Origin: an uncultured Burkholderiales bacterium
Lineage (GTDB): Bacteria; Actinomycetota; Acidimicrobiia; IMCC26256; JAMXLJ01
Direction of reading: 5' to 3'
Assembly: GCA_964548555.1 (NCBI GenBank)
Contig: CAZJSY010000002.1
Span: forward strand, 43,568-107,567
Length of the DNA stretch: 64,000 nucleotides
The position numbers were made by a program, and so were the translations under genes. Under the pieces are notes generated by a model. It worked only from the letters and a program-made list of their open reading frames with translations, did not search any database and was not told the DNA's origin. This document shows, one piece after another, positions 38,303 through 49,305 of this stretch; the stretch's first letter is position 1; every line of letters starts with the position of its first letter.

Positions 38303-39199
38303 GTGTTGGCGTCGATCGCGCCGTACCTGGCGTACATCCCGAGCCCGTCGAGGGGCGTCTATTACATCGGACCGATTCCGCTTCACGTCTACGGCCTGAT
38401 GCTCGCCGTCGGCGTCCTCGCCGCCACGCGAATCGCCGAGATCCAGTGGAGGCGCGCCGGCCACGACCCCGCCGACATCGCCCACATTGCGGTCGGCGTC
38501 ATCATCGGCGGGGTCGTCGGCGCCCGGGCCTACCACGTGATGACGGACTACCAGCTCTATACGCACGACTGGGTCAAAGCGCTGAAGATCTGGGACGGCG
38601 GTCTGAGCATCTGGGGCGTCCTCGCCGGCGGGATCATCGCCGTCGTGATCCTCACGAGGCGCCACCACTACGACACGATCGGGATCATGGACGCGCTCGC
38701 GCCGGGCATCGTGCTCGCGCAGGCGATCGGGCGCTGGGGCAACTACTTCAACCAGGAGTTGTTCGGCACGCCGAGCAAGTTGCCCTGGGCGCTCGAGATC
38801 GACCCGGGGAAACGGCCCGCCGGGTACCTGCAGTACGCGACGTTTCACCCCACGTTTCTCTACGAGTCTCTCTATTGCCTTGCGATCTTCGCTTTCCTCA
38901 TGTGGGCGACGCGCCACGTCAGATTCCAGCGCGGCCAGGTGGGGGCGCTGTACATCGCCCTGTACACGTTCGGCCGTTTCTGGTTCGAGAACATGCGTAT
39001 CGATCCCGCCCACCATGTGGGCGGCCTCCGCATCAACGCCTGGGTGACGCTCGGGATCTTCATCGGCGCGGTGGTCTGGTTCGTGCTCGCAGGCCGTGCC
39101 GGGCAACGCGCCGGAACCAGCCACCCCGCCGACGTCGTGAACGCGCCCGCGGATCCCGCGACGGCGGCACCGGAGCCCGAGGGGGTCGGCGCCGACTGA
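38303..39199 (+). CDS. lgt: Prolipoprotein diacylglyceryl transferase
   Basis: GARAYHV, GGLSIWG, QAIGRWGNYFNQELFG, HPTFLYES. Confidence 0.95.
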   Translation: MLASIAPYLAYIPSPSRGVYYIGPIPLHVYGLMLAVGVLAATRIAEIQWRRAGHDPADIAHIAVGVIIGGVVGARAYHVMTDYQLYTHDWVKALKIWDGGLSIWGVLAGGIIAVVILTRRHHYDTIGIMDALAPGIVLAQAIGRWGNYFNQELFGTPSKLPWALEIDPGKRPAGYLQYATFHPTFLYESLYCLAIFAFLMWATRHVRFQRGQVGALYIALYTFGRFWFENMRIDPAHHVGGLRINAWVTLGIFIGAVVWFVLAGRAGQRAGTSHPADVVNAPADPATAAPEPEGVGAD

Positions 39200-39398
39200 C
39201 GCGTGACGCGTGTCACCCTCCAGAGGGACACGCCGGCACTGTCGGCGCGCGCTGCAAGTGCTCGGTCGGTGCACGTGACCAAAGTGCGACGCGCCGGTAC
39301 GGTCACCCCGCACATCAATGCGCGCCTGCACCGCTCTGAAAACCGCGTATCGTCGGGCAGTTCACGTGCACGCTGCCACTACCCCCCAAGGAGGCGAC

Positions 39399-40160
39399 GT
39401 GACCTCGACCGTGCAGCCCTCGACCGCGACCGGTATCGCGGCGCGGGCCGTCGACGCGTACAAGATCTATGGCGACGAAGCCGACGACACCGCCGTCCGC
39501 GCCCTCAACGGCATCAACGTGGAGTTCGGTGAAGGCGCGTTCAGCGCGATCATGGGTCCCTCGGGATCCGGGAAGTCGACGTTGTTGCACTGCCTCGCGG
39601 GTCTCGACTCCGTGACGCGTGGACGGATCTATCTCGGCGACATCGAGATCACGTCGTTGTCCGAGAAGCAGTTGACGCTCGTCCGTCGCGAGCGCATCGG
39701 TTTCGTGTTCCAGGCCTACAACCTCATCCCGACGCTCACCGCGCTCGAGAACATCACGCTGCCGCTCGCGCTCGCAGGGCAGAAGCCCGATCAACAGTGG
39801 CTCGACACGGTGGTCGACACCGTGCGGCTCGGAGACCGGCTCACCCACCGTCCGACGGAGCTCTCCGGTGGGCAGCAACAGCGGGTCGCGGTTGCGCGCG
39901 CGCTCGTGAGCCGGCCGCACGTGATCTTCGCCGACGAGCCGACCGGGAACCTCGATTCCCGCGCGGGTGCGGAGATTCTCACCTTCATGCGCGACGCGGT
40001 CAGTCAGTTCGGCCAGACGATCATCATGGTGACGCACGACCCGGTTGCCGCCGGCTATGCGAACCGCGCGGTGTTCCTCAACGACGGCACGATCGTCGAC
40101 GAGATGAACGCACCCACGCCGGAGGCGATTCTCGACCGTATGAAGAGTCTCGGGGAGTAA
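39399..40160 (+). CDS. ABC transporter ATP-binding protein (LolD/MacB-like)
   Basis: [25 protein letters not shown]; AAGGAGG RBS. Confidence 0.93.
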   Translation: MTSTVQPSTATGIAARAVDAYKIYGDEADDTAVRALNGINVEFGEGAFSAIMGPSGSGKSTLLHCLAGLDSVTRGRIYLGDIEITSLSEKQLTLVRRERIGFVFQAYNLIPTLTALENITLPLALAGQKPDQQWLDTVVDTVRLGDRLTHRPTELSGGQQQRVAVARALVSRPHVIFADEPTGNLDSRAGAEILTFMRDAVSQFGQTIIMVTHDPVAAGYANRAVFLNDGTIVDEMNAPTPEAILDRMKSLGE

Positions 40161-40166
40161 CACGCG

Positions 40167-42707
40167 ATGTGGAAGGTGACGATCAAGGGCGTCCTGGCCC
40201 ACAAGATCCGCTTCCTGCTCACGGGCGTCGCGGTGATGCTCGGCGTCGCGTTCGTGTCCGGCACGTTGGTCCTCACGTCCACGATCGGTCACACGTTCGA
40301 CAATCTCTTCAGCACGATCTACTCGCATACCGACGCAGTCGTTCGCGAGAAGGCGGCCTTCGGTTCCGGATTCCGCACGCAGCGCGGCCGCATCGACGCG
40401 TCGGTGCTGAACGTCGTGAGGTCGGCGCCGGGCGTCGCGAAGGCCGACGGCCAGGTGCAGGGCTTCGCCCAGATCATCGACTCGCACAACAATGCGCTCG
40501 GGAAGGCCGGCCACGGCGCGCCGACACTGGGGTTCGCGTGGATCCCCGACCGTGACCTCAGCACGTTCCACGTCAGCCAGGGCGGCGGTCCCGTGGCACC
40601 CAATGAGATCGTCATCGATGCGACGAGCGCCGACAAGGCCGGTTACAAGATCGGCTCGGACGTCCCGGTCGTGACGAAGGCGGGGCGCAACGTCTACCAC
40701 CTCGTCGGCATCGTGAAGTTCGGGAACGCGAACAGTCTGTTGGGTGCCAGCGTCGTCGCGTTCACCCCCGACACGGCAGCGACGGTGCTCGGAGAGCCCG
40801 GCCGCTTCGACTCGATCGAGGTCAAGGCCGCATCGGGTGTGTCGCAAACGGAGGTCACGCGCAACATCCGCGACGTGCTGCAACGCGACGGCGTGCAGGG
40901 GGCCGAGGTCCTCACGGGCAAGGAGATCACGGCCGAGAGTCAGAGCAACATCAAGCAGGGACTGTCGTTCTTCAGCACGTTCCTGCTGATCTTCGGCGTC
41001 GTCGCCCTCATCGTCGGGTCGTTCATCATCTTCAACACGTTCTCGATCATCGTGGCCCAGCGCACACGTGAGATGGCGCTGTTGCGTGCCATCGGGGCCG
41101 CCCGGCGTCAGGTGTTGACCGCGGTGGTCGTCGAGGCCGTGCTCGTGGGCATCGTCGCGTCCATCGTCGGCTTCGTCGGCGGCATCGGGCTCGCCGCGGC
41201 GTTGAAGGGTCTGCTGAAGGCGCTCGGTATCGACATCCCGGCTGCCAGCCTCGTGATCCCGGTCAGCGCGGCGATCTGGGCGTTCGTGACCGGCGTCGTC
41301 GTCACGACCGTCGCGTCCGTCGCTCCCGCGCTCCGGGCCTCGCGTATCCCACCGGTGGCTGCGATGCGGGACGTGTCGATCGACCGCTCCAGCACGTCGA
41401 TGATCCGCATCCTGTTCGGCGGCGTCGTGACGGCCGCCGGCATCGCGTCACTCCTGGGCGGCCTGTTCGGTCAGCAGATCGCCTTGGTCGGTCTCGGCGC
41501 GGGCGTGATCTTCCTCGGCGTGGCCATCCTCGGACCGGTGATCGCGGCCCCGGTCGCGTCAGTGATCGGTGCGCCGATCCGCGCGCTGCGCGGGGTGACG
41601 GGACAGCTCGCGCGGGAGAACGCGATGCGTAACCCGAAGCGCACGTCGGCCACCGCCGCGGCGCTGATGATCGGTGTCGCGCTTGTCGTGTTCATCACGG
41701 TTTTCGGTGCCTCGATCCGCTCGTCGGTCAATCACGCGATCGACCAGTCGATGAAGGCCGACTACGTCGTCAGCGCGGGCGGCTTCGACCAGGGAACGCT
41801 TCCGATCGCGCTCGAGAACCAGCTCAAGCAGGTTCCCGATGTCACGTCGGTCTCCGGCATCCGCACGGGCGAGATCCAGCAGAACGGCTCGGTCAAGCAG
41901 GTGATGGCCGTCGACCCTCAGCAGGTGAACTCGTTGTTCGACCTCCAGGTCGACAAGGGCTCGATCCAGAGGCTCGGCGCGGGGGGTCTCGCGGTACGTG
42001 ACTCCACGGCGAGCAGCAACGGCTGGAAGATCGGGAGCCAGGTACCCGTCGTCTTCGCGCAGACCGGCAAGAAGACGCTCACGGTGGAGGCGATCTACAA
42101 GCAGACCCAGGTCCCCGCGTACACGATCAGCCTCGACACGTACGCCCAGAACTACCCGGACCAGTTCGACTTCCAGATCTACCTCAAGACGACGAACGGC
42201 ACGAACCCGCAGACCCGCGCCGCACTCGACAAGGTGATGCAGCAGTACCCGGCCGGAAAGCTGCAGGACCGCACCGAGTACAAGCAGGCGCAGGGTGCCC
42301 AGGTGAACCAGTTCCTCAACCTGGTGTACGCCTTGTTGATGTTCGCCATCGTGATCGCGGTCTTCGGCATCGCCAACACGCTCGGGCTCGCGGTCATCGA
42401 GCGCACGCACGAGATCGGCTTGCTGCGGGCCGTGGGCATGACCCGCAGACAGCTGCGTTCGTCGATTCGTTGGGAGTCCGTGATCGTCGCGCTATTCGGC
42501 GCCGTGCTGGGCCTGGTCATCGGTGTGTTCTTCGGTTGGGCGATGGTGACCGCGCTGCGCGATCAGGGGATCGACCAGCTCGCGTTCGCCCCCCTCTCGC
42601 TCGTGCTGATCATCGTGATCGCCGGCCTGTTCGGCGTCTTCGCCGGGATCCTGCCCGCGCGTCGTGCCGCGAAGCTCGATGTGCTGCGGGCGGTCACGAC
42701 CGAGTAG
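40167..42707 (+). CDS. ABC permease, duplicated FtsX/MacB type
   Basis: Two FtsX repeats (QRTREMALLRAIGA; ERTHEIGLLRAVG). Confidence 0.92.
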   Translation: MWKVTIKGVLAHKIRFLLTGVAVMLGVAFVSGTLVLTSTIGHTFDNLFSTIYSHTDAVVREKAAFGSGFRTQRGRIDASVLNVVRSAPGVAKADGQVQGFAQIIDSHNNALGKAGHGAPTLGFAWIPDRDLSTFHVSQGGGPVAPNEIVIDATSADKAGYKIGSDVPVVTKAGRNVYHLVGIVKFGNANSLLGASVVAFTPDTAATVLGEPGRFDSIEVKAASGVSQTEVTRNIRDVLQRDGVQGAEVLTGKEITAESQSNIKQGLSFFSTFLLIFGVVALIVGSFIIFNTFSIIVAQRTREMALLRAIGAARRQVLTAVVVEAVLVGIVASIVGFVGGIGLAAALKGLLKALGIDIPAASLVIPVSAAIWAFVTGVVVTTVASVAPALRASRIPPVAAMRDVSIDRSSTSMIRILFGGVVTAAGIASLLGGLFGQQIALVGLGAGVIFLGVAILGPVIAAPVASVIGAPIRALRGVTGQLARENAMRNPKRTSATAAALMIGVALVVFITVFGASIRSSVNHAIDQSMKADYVVSAGGFDQGTLPIALENQLKQVPDVTSVSGIRTGEIQQNGSVKQVMAVDPQQVNSLFDLQVDKGSIQRLGAGGLAVRDSTASSNGWKIGSQVPVVFAQTGKKTLTVEAIYKQTQVPAYTISLDTYAQNYPDQFDFQIYLKTTNGTNPQTRAALDKVMQQYPAGKLQDRTEYKQAQGAQVNQFLNLVYALLMFAIVIAVFGIANTLGLAVIERTHEIGLLRAVGMTRRQLRSSIRWESVIVALFGAVLGLVIGVFFGWAMVTALRDQGIDQLAFAPLSLVLIIVIAGLFGVFAGILPARRAAKLDVLRAVTTE

Positions 42708-42752
42708 CGCTCACCTCGGGCCGGGGTCACGGGAGTTCGACGACCGGGAGTT

Positions 42753-42772
42753 TCGCAAGTAAAGACTTGCGA
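42753..42772. promoter_or_regulatory. Palindromic operator upstream of the SufR-like gene
   Basis: TCGCAAGT-AAAG-ACTTGCGA perfect 8-bp arms. Confidence 0.7.
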
Positions 42773-42812
42773 TTATGGAGAATTCGCCGGTTCCGCCGGT
42801 AGCATCGAGCAC

Positions 42813-43490
42813 GTGACGAGCCGTCCTGCAAGCCCGCTCGAGACCCTCCCGTCGACCCGTCGGGCCCTCCTCGAACACCTCAAGGAACAGGGCGAGGCTT
42901 CGGCCGAGGACCTGGCCGCGCGTCTCGGCGTCACGCCGAGCGCGGTGCGCCAGCACCTCGGAGCGATGCAGGCGGACGGGCTCGTGCAGCGACGCGAGCT
43001 GCGCCATGGTGCGGGGCGGCCGCGGCACGTGTACCGCACCGGGCCCGCGGCGGAGAACCTGTTCCCGAAGGCGTACCACGACCTCGCCAACGAGCTGCTC
43101 GACCACGCGGCGGCGGAGGATCCGGATCTCGTCGAGCGCCTGTTCGAGCGTCGCCGCCGGCGGCGGACGGACCAGGCGCGCGCCCGCGTGGCCGGCCTGC
43201 CGTTCCCGGACCAGGTCGCCGAGCTCGCCCGCATCCTCGACGAGGACGGATACCTCGCGTCGTGGGAGGCGTTGGCCGACGGGCGCTTCCGCGTCGTCGA
43301 GCACAACTGCGCGATTCTCGACGTCGCCAGACGCTACGGCGACGCGTGCGTGTCGGAGATCGAGTTCCTGCGCCGCACGTTGCCGGATGCGCGGATCGAG
43401 CGCGTCGCGCACATGATGGCCGGACAGCACGTCTGCGCGTACGAGATCACGCCGAAGGCGGCGCGCGCTCGACGGCGCGATGCCGGCTGA
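42813..43490 (+). CDS. SufR-like HTH regulator, probably Fe-S binding
   Basis: AVRQHL, GRP...Y, FP..Y, HNC-x12-C..E, C-terminal Cys. Confidence 0.8.
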   Translation: MTSRPASPLETLPSTRRALLEHLKEQGEASAEDLAARLGVTPSAVRQHLGAMQADGLVQRRELRHGAGRPRHVYRTGPAAENLFPKAYHDLANELLDHAAAEDPDLVERLFERRRRRRTDQARARVAGLPFPDQVAELARILDEDGYLASWEALADGRFRVVEHNCAILDVARRYGDACVSEIEFLRRTLPDARIERVAHMMAGQHVCAYEITPKAARARRRDAG

Positions 43491-43491
43491 G

Positions 43492-43992
43492 TCACTCGAA
43501 CTGCTTGCGGACGCGCTCGTCCTTCTCGCGGATCGTCGTCGCGAGGTCGCGCTGACGTGCCTCCAGCATCTCGCGCAGTGCAGGGTTGGCCGAGGCCAGG
43601 ATCCGGATCGCCAGCAGCGCGGCATTGGTGGCGTTGCCGATCGCGACCGTCGCGACCGGGATGCCCGCCGGCATCTGCACGATCGACAGCAGTGAATCCA
43701 GGCCGTCGAGCTGCTTGAGCGGGACCGGCACGCCGATCACTGGCAGCGATGTCATCGACGCGACCATGCCCGGAAGGTGCGCCGCGCCGCCGGCCCCGGC
43801 GACGATGACGCGCAAGCCGCGGCTCACGGCGCTGTGCGCGTACTCCGCCATGGCGTCGGGTGTGCGGTGCGCGGAGACGATGCGAACTTCGAACGGCACG
43901 ACGAAGTCGTTCAGCACGTCGATCGCGGCCTGCATCACCGAGAGGTCGGAGTCGCTACCCATGATCACGCCGACGAGTGGCGTCGTCATCAC
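43492..43992 (-). CDS. purE: N5-CAIR mutase
   Basis: [33 protein letters not shown]. Confidence 0.96.
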   Translation of the reverse strand: MMTTPLVGVIMGSDSDLSVMQAAIDVLNDFVVPFEVRIVSAHRTPDAMAEYAHSAVSRGLRVIVAGAGGAAHLPGMVASMTSLPVIGVPVPLKQLDGLDSLLSIVQMPAGIPVATVAIGNATNAALLAIRILASANPALREMLEARQRDLATTIREKDERVRKQFE

Positions 43993-44082
43993 CCGACGTT
44001 ACCCCGCACTCCGGCCGAGCCGGGGCGATCGCCGCTCCAAACCGCGGAATGGGCCCATGGAGCGTCGGATAGCGTGCCGTCC

Positions 44083-45057
44083 ATGCGTACTCCGTTGACG
44101 GATCTGCTGGGCATCGAGCACCCCGTCATGCTCGCCGGCATGGGCGGGGTCTCGTACCACCGTCTGGTCGCCGCGGTGTCGAAAGCGGGCGGCTTCGGTT
44201 GTCTCGGCGCGTCCACGATGACGTCCGACCAGTTGGTCGACGAGATCCGCGCCGTACAGCGCACGACCGACAAGCCCTTTGGCGTCGATCTGTTGACGGC
44301 GATCCCGGATCAGCTCGAAGGCAATGTCGACGCGCTGATCCGGGAGTCGGTGCCGGTGCTCGTCGCAGGGCTCGGCATCCCGCGCGACGTGGTGACGGAA
44401 TGTCACTCCCACAACATCGTCGTGGTGAACATGTGCGGCAAGGTTCGTCACGCGATCGCCGCCGTCGAGGCCGGCTGCGACCTCGTGGTCGCGCAGGGCA
44501 CCGAGGCCGGTGGGCACACGGGCACGGTCGCGACCATGCCGCTCGTTCCCCAGATCGTCGATGCAGTCGGCGAGCAGGTGCCGGTCGTGGCGGCCGGCGG
44601 CATCTTCGACGGGCGGGGGCTCGCGGCTGCGCTCGCCCTCGGAGCCGATGGCGTGTGGATCGGTACGAGGTTCATCGCGACGCCCGAGGCGCGATCAGCT
44701 CCCGGTTACAAGGACGCGCTGTTGCGCACCGCCGAGGACGGCACGGTCGTGAGCCGGGCATTCACCGGCAAGACGCTGCGCGCTGTGCGAAACAAGACCA
44801 CCCAGCATTTCGAAGAGCATCCCGAAGAGCTCGCGCCGTTTCCCACGCAATTGGTCAACGCGGTGAGCGGTGGGTGGATGCACCTCGGCGCCGACGAAGG
44901 CACGCCGGATGTGGATCCCGAGCGCGAGTGTTATCCGGCCGGGCAGGGCGTCGGCGCCATCCACGACCTCGTGCCGGCCGCCGAGCTGGTTCAACGCATC
45001 GTTGCCGACGCCGAGGCCGCGCTCGACCGGATCGGTGGCTTCCGGGCAACACGTTAG
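44083..45057 (+). CDS. Nitronate monooxygenase/FabK-like flavin oxidoreductase
   Basis: AGMGG, QGTEAGGH, AAGGI.DGRG, GTRF. Confidence 0.88.
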   Translation: MRTPLTDLLGIEHPVMLAGMGGVSYHRLVAAVSKAGGFGCLGASTMTSDQLVDEIRAVQRTTDKPFGVDLLTAIPDQLEGNVDALIRESVPVLVAGLGIPRDVVTECHSHNIVVVNMCGKVRHAIAAVEAGCDLVVAQGTEAGGHTGTVATMPLVPQIVDAVGEQVPVVAAGGIFDGRGLAAALALGADGVWIGTRFIATPEARSAPGYKDALLRTAEDGTVVSRAFTGKTLRAVRNKTTQHFEEHPEELAPFPTQLVNAVSGGWMHLGADEGTPDVDPERECYPAGQGVGAIHDLVPAAELVQRIVADAEAALDRIGGFRATR

Positions 45058-45067
45058 GAGCGAGCCG

Positions 45068-46423
45068 ATGACGCAGCGGATGGTGGTCATCGGCGGTGAT
45101 GCCGGCGGCATGACCGCGGCCTCGGTGGCGCGACGTCGCCGGCGCGAGGACGAGCTCGAGATCGTCGCGTTCGAGCGCACGCCGCACACCTCGTACTCAG
45201 CGTGCGGGATCCCCTATCTGGTCGGCGGTGTGCTGGATGATCCCGAGGCCCTCATCGCACGTTCCCCGTCGACACATCGCGATCGAGGTGTCGACGTCCG
45301 CACCGGCCACGACGTGATCGGCATCGACCTCGAGCGGCGCAAGCTCACCGTCGTCGCAGAAGGAGCTGAGCGGCGCGAGCCCTTCGACACCCTGGTGATC
45401 GCGACGGGAGCGACGCCCGTGCGGCCGCATCTGCCCGGCATCGAGGCTCGCAACGTATTCGGCTTGCAGACCCTCACCGACGGCCTCGAGATCAGACGGT
45501 TCCTCGACGACGAACGGCCCGACAACGCCGTCGTCGTCGGTGGCGGCTACATCGGTCTCGAAATGGCGGAAGCACTGGTGGATCGCGGTGTGCACGTCGC
45601 GCTCGTGGAAGCAGTCGACCAACCCATGGGAACGCTCGATCCGGACATGGGCGCGCTCGTTGCGGATGCGCTCCGGGCCATCGGGGTGGAGCTCCATCTG
45701 GGCACGCGCGTCGAGGGCTTCGAGTCCGGGCCGGACGGCGCGGTCCGTGCCGTGCGCGCGGGCGACCGCACGCTGCCCGCCGACCTCGTGGTGCTCGGTC
45801 TCGGAGTCAAGCCGGCGAGCAACCTCGCGCGCGACGCGGGCGTCACGATCGGCGGCAGTAGTGGGATCGTCACCGACGCGCAGATGCGTACGTCAGCCGA
45901 CGGCGTGTGGGCGGCGGGCGATTGTGTGGAGGTCCGCCACCGCGTGTCCGGTGAGCCGATGGCGATCGCGCTCGGCACCTACGCCAACCGTCAGGGTCGC
46001 GTCGCCGGCATCACGATGACGGGCGGCATCGCCGAGTTCCCCGGCGTGCTCGGTACGGCGATCGCGAAGATCTGCGCCTACGAGGTGGCGCGCACGGGCC
46101 TGCGGGAGGAGGACGCGCGGCGGGCCGGCTTCGAGCCCGTATCGGGCCGCGTCGAGTCGACGACTCGCGCCGCGTACTTCCCCGGTGCGGCGCCCATCAC
46201 AGTGAAGGCGATCGCCGACCGCGGCACGGGCCGGTTGCTCGGTGGCCAGATCGTGGGCAAGGAGGGCGCAGGCAAGCGCATCGACACGATGGCGGCCGGC
46301 ATCTGGAACGGGATGACAGCCGAGGAGTTCGCGATGCTGGACCTGTCGTACGCGCCGCCGTTCGGACCGTTGTGGGATCCGGTCGCCCTCGCGGCGCGCA
46401 AGGTTGCAGATCTCGTCGACTGA
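45068..46423 (+). CDS. CoA-disulfide reductase/NADH oxidase family flavoprotein
   Basis: GGDAGG, SYSACG redox Cys, GGGYIGLE, AAGD, YAPP. Confidence 0.88.
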   Translation: MTQRMVVIGGDAGGMTAASVARRRRREDELEIVAFERTPHTSYSACGIPYLVGGVLDDPEALIARSPSTHRDRGVDVRTGHDVIGIDLERRKLTVVAEGAERREPFDTLVIATGATPVRPHLPGIEARNVFGLQTLTDGLEIRRFLDDERPDNAVVVGGGYIGLEMAEALVDRGVHVALVEAVDQPMGTLDPDMGALVADALRAIGVELHLGTRVEGFESGPDGAVRAVRAGDRTLPADLVVLGLGVKPASNLARDAGVTIGGSSGIVTDAQMRTSADGVWAAGDCVEVRHRVSGEPMAIALGTYANRQGRVAGITMTGGIAEFPGVLGTAIAKICAYEVARTGLREEDARRAGFEPVSGRVESTTRAAYFPGAAPITVKAIADRGTGRLLGGQIVGKEGAGKRIDTMAAGIWNGMTAEEFAMLDLSYAPPFGPLWDPVALAARKVADLVD

Positions 46424-46448
46424 TCCCCGAGCGGGCCTGCAGGTCTTG

Positions 46449-47429
46449 CTAGCTGCGGGCCGACTCCTCGGCGACGTCGTTCTCGTACATCATCTGCACG
46501 AGCTGCTCGAAGGACACCTTCGGCTTCCATCCCAACACCGAGTGGGCCTTCGAAGCGTCGCCCATGAGCAGATCCACCTCTGCGGGCCGCTCGAAGCGTT
46601 CGTCGTGGCGCACGTACGGCTTCCAGTCGTCGTAGCCGGCGACGCGGAACGCGACTTCGAGGAACTCGCGCACCGTGTGCGTCTCGCCGGTCGCGACGAC
46701 GTAGTCGTCGGGCTCCTCCTGCTGCAGCATGAGCCACATCGCTTCCACGTAGTCGCCGGCGAAACCCCAGTCGCGTGCGGAGTCGATGTTGCCGAGGCTG
46801 ATCTGGTTCTGGCGTCCGAGCTTGATCCGCGCGAGCGAGTTGGTGATCTTGCGGGTGACGAACTCGAGACCACGTCGGGGTGACTCGTGGTTGAAGAGGA
46901 TGCCCGAGCTCGCGTGCAGGCCGTACGCCTCGCGGTAGTTGACCGTGATGTTGTGCCCGAACACCTTGGCAACGCCGTAGGGAGAACGCGGGTGGAACGG
47001 CGTCATCTCGTTCTGCGGTGTCTCCCGAACCTTGCCGAACATCTCCGACGACGACGCCTGGTAGAAGCGGATCGGGTTGTTCTCGCTGCCGCCGACGATC
47101 CGCACCGCCTCGAGCATGCGCAGCACGCCGAGGCCCGTGATCTCCGCCGTGAGGTCGGGTTGTGTGAACGACAGCTGCACGAAGCTCATCGCGCCGAGGT
47201 TGTAGACCTCGTCGGGCTGGACCTGCTCGACCAGCGCGATCAACGACGAGAGGTCACGCAGGTCCCCGTCGACGAGCTCGAGCGCCGGGTTCTCGTTGAG
47301 CACGAGCTCGGCCTTGGGGTTGTTCTGGCCTCGCACCACGCCGAAGACCTGGTAGCCCTTGCCGGTGAGGAACTCCGACAGGTACCGCCCGTCTTGTCCC
47401 GTGATGCCGGTAATGAGCGCCCGCTTCAT
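46449..47429 (-). CDS. gmd: GDP-mannose 4,6-dehydratase
   Basis: [34 protein letters not shown]. Confidence 0.93.
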   Translation of the reverse strand: MKRALITGITGQDGRYLSEFLTGKGYQVFGVVRGQNNPKAELVLNENPALELVDGDLRDLSSLIALVEQVQPDEVYNLGAMSFVQLSFTQPDLTAEITGLGVLRMLEAVRIVGGSENNPIRFYQASSSEMFGKVRETPQNEMTPFHPRSPYGVAKVFGHNITVNYREAYGLHASSGILFNHESPRRGLEFVTRKITNSLARIKLGRQNQISLGNIDSARDWGFAGDYVEAMWLMLQQEEPDDYVVATGETHTVREFLEVAFRVAGYDDWKPYVRHDERFERPAEVDLLMGDASKAHSVLGWKPKVSFEQLVQMMYENDVAEESARS

Positions 47430-47461
47430 CGCGTTCCTCTCGTTCGCGGGAACTGCACAAA

Positions 47462-47902
47462 CTACTCGCGGCGGCTATCCCACTCGGGGTCGAGCTGGTG
47501 CAGGAATTCGTCGCACCGTCGTTGCTCGTCACGCTCGCCGATCTCGGCTGCCGTCTCGCGCAGTCCGTCGAGCGCGCGAAGGAAGGCGCGGTTGCTCGGG
47601 TGCACGAAGCGGACGTAGCCGTTCCCGCGCCACCCCGCCTGGCGCAGCTGATCCAGGCCGCGGTGATAGCCGACACGAAAATAGGCGTAACGCTCGATCG
47701 GATCGCGGCCGAGTGCACCGAGCTCGACCCATGCCTCCAGGGAGCGGGGCCAGCGCGCGGCCACCGCGGCGAGGGCGTCGCGGCGGCGCTCCTCGGGCTC
47801 CGACCGCGCCTGTCTGAGCGCCTCGAGGGTTTCCGGCGACTCGGGTGGCAGCACGGTGTCGGGCGGTCCGGCAGGAGAGAGCTGAACCGGCAGGTCTGAC
47901 AT
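47462..47902 (-). CDS. DUF3151-like protein
   Basis: [20 protein letters not shown]. Confidence 0.8.
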   Translation of the reverse strand: MSDLPVQLSPAGPPDTVLPPESPETLEALRQARSEPEERRRDALAAVAARWPRSLEAWVELGALGRDPIERYAYFRVGYHRGLDQLRQAGWRGNGYVRFVHPSNRAFLRALDGLRETAAEIGERDEQRRCDEFLHQLDPEWDSRRE

Positions 47903-47987
47903 GCGCGACGAATGTAGACCTCGACCGCCCGCACACGGTGCGGCCGGGCACGAAAGCGTGCGAGCGCGCACCGGTACCATCGGTGCA

Positions 47988-48803
47988 ATGTCGGACACGA
48001 CGCAGCTCGACCCGGGCGCGGACGGCGCAGCCGAGCATCGACCTCAGGTCGACGGTGCCGCGGCCGGCGATGCGGCCGCCCCGGCACCGAAGGTGACGAC
48101 ACTGCTGCTCGTACGGCACGCCGTGACGGAGCAGACCGGCCCGATGCTGACGGGGCGCCTTCCCGGTGTCGAGCTCTCCGAGCTTGGCCGGTCACAGGCG
48201 GAGGCCGCGGCCGAGCGGCTGGCCGTGCTGCCCGTTGCGGTGGTCTACGCCAGCCCGATCGAGCGGACGACGCAGACGGCGGAGGCGATAGCGGCGCGTC
48301 ACGGGCTCACGGTTCAGCCGCTGCCCGGTGTGATCGAGGCCGACTACGGCGAGTGGACCGGCGGCAAGCTCGCGGAGCTCGCGAAGACGGAATTGTGGAA
48401 GACGGTGCAACACGCGCCGTCGCGGGCAAGCTTTCCCGGAGGCGAGTCGCTCGCCGGTATGCAGGCCCGCATGGTGGCCGCCCTCGAAGAGGTCGTCGCG
48501 CAGCACGAGGGCAGTCTGATCGTCGTCGTGTCGCACGCCGACCCCATCAAGGCGGCCATCGCGCACTACACAGGAGTGCATCTCGATCTGTTCCAGCGAA
48601 TCATCGTGTCGCCTGCGTCGGTCACGGCAGTTGTTCTGACGCCGCACGGCGCCGCGTTGCTGAAGTGCAACGACACCGGCGATCTCTCCGACGTGGTTCC
48701 GCGACCGCCCGAACGTGACGGCGCGGAAGGTGCCGACGGGGGCGCCGACGGCGCAGCTACGCGACACAATGCCGACGAGGCACGCGAGGCGCGTGATGGG
48801 TGA
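47988..48803 (+). CDS. Histidine phosphatase (MSMEG_4193-like)
   Basis: LVRHA, SP.ER, DYGEW.G, VSH.D.IK. Confidence 0.85.
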   Translation: MSDTTQLDPGADGAAEHRPQVDGAAAGDAAAPAPKVTTLLLVRHAVTEQTGPMLTGRLPGVELSELGRSQAEAAAERLAVLPVAVVYASPIERTTQTAEAIAARHGLTVQPLPGVIEADYGEWTGGKLAELAKTELWKTVQHAPSRASFPGGESLAGMQARMVAALEEVVAQHEGSLIVVVSHADPIKAAIAHYTGVHLDLFQRIIVSPASVTAVVLTPHGAALLKCNDTGDLSDVVPRPPERDGAEGADGGADGAATRHNADEAREARDG

Positions 48804-49305
48804 TCTGATCGAGCTCGACGGGGTCGACGCGCTCGGCGCGGGCGCGATCGGCGCTCCCGGTGCGCGCGCCTTCTACATCCAGGCCGGCAAGGACGGCGCG
48901 CGCCTTACCGTGCTGGTCGAGAAGGAACAGGTGGCCCTGCTCGCAACCGAGGCCGTCGCCTTCCTCGACCGGCTTGCCGAGGACTTTCCGGAAGAAGACG
49001 ACGACGGCGCGGTGACGGGTGAGGACTCGGTCGTGAGCGAACCGGCGGTGCCGCTGTTCCGCGCTCGCATGATCGGCCTCGGTTTCGAGCCCGATCGACA
49101 GCTCGTGCTCCTCGAGCTACGCGAGAGCTCCGACGACGAGGAGGACGACGAGGAAGGCTTCGTCGCGCGCATCTACGCGACGCGCGAGCAGGTTCGCGCG
49201 ATGGCCGCCAGCGGCGCCGCCGCCGTCGCGGCCGGACGGCCGACGTGCCCGTTGTGCGAGCAACCGATCGACCCGGCCGGTCACCAGTGTCCCCGGTGGA
49301 ACTGA
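48796..49305 (+). CDS. DUF3090-family protein
   Basis: GA.G.PG.R.FYIQ, EK.QV, AGRP.CP.C..P.DP.GH.CP. Confidence 0.85.
   Translation: MGDLIELDGVDALGAGAIGAPGARAFYIQAGKDGARLTVLVEKEQVALLATEAVAFLDRLAEDFPEEDDDGAVTGEDSVVSEPAVPLFRARMIGLGFEPDRQLVLLELRESSDDEEDDEEGFVARIYATREQVRAMAASGAAAVAAGRPTCPLCEQPIDPAGHQCPRWN

Noticed and set aside
39208-39233. Riboswitch in the lgt-ABC gap
   Set aside because: Only a bulged hairpin after the lgt stop, probably a terminator; no known aptamer motif
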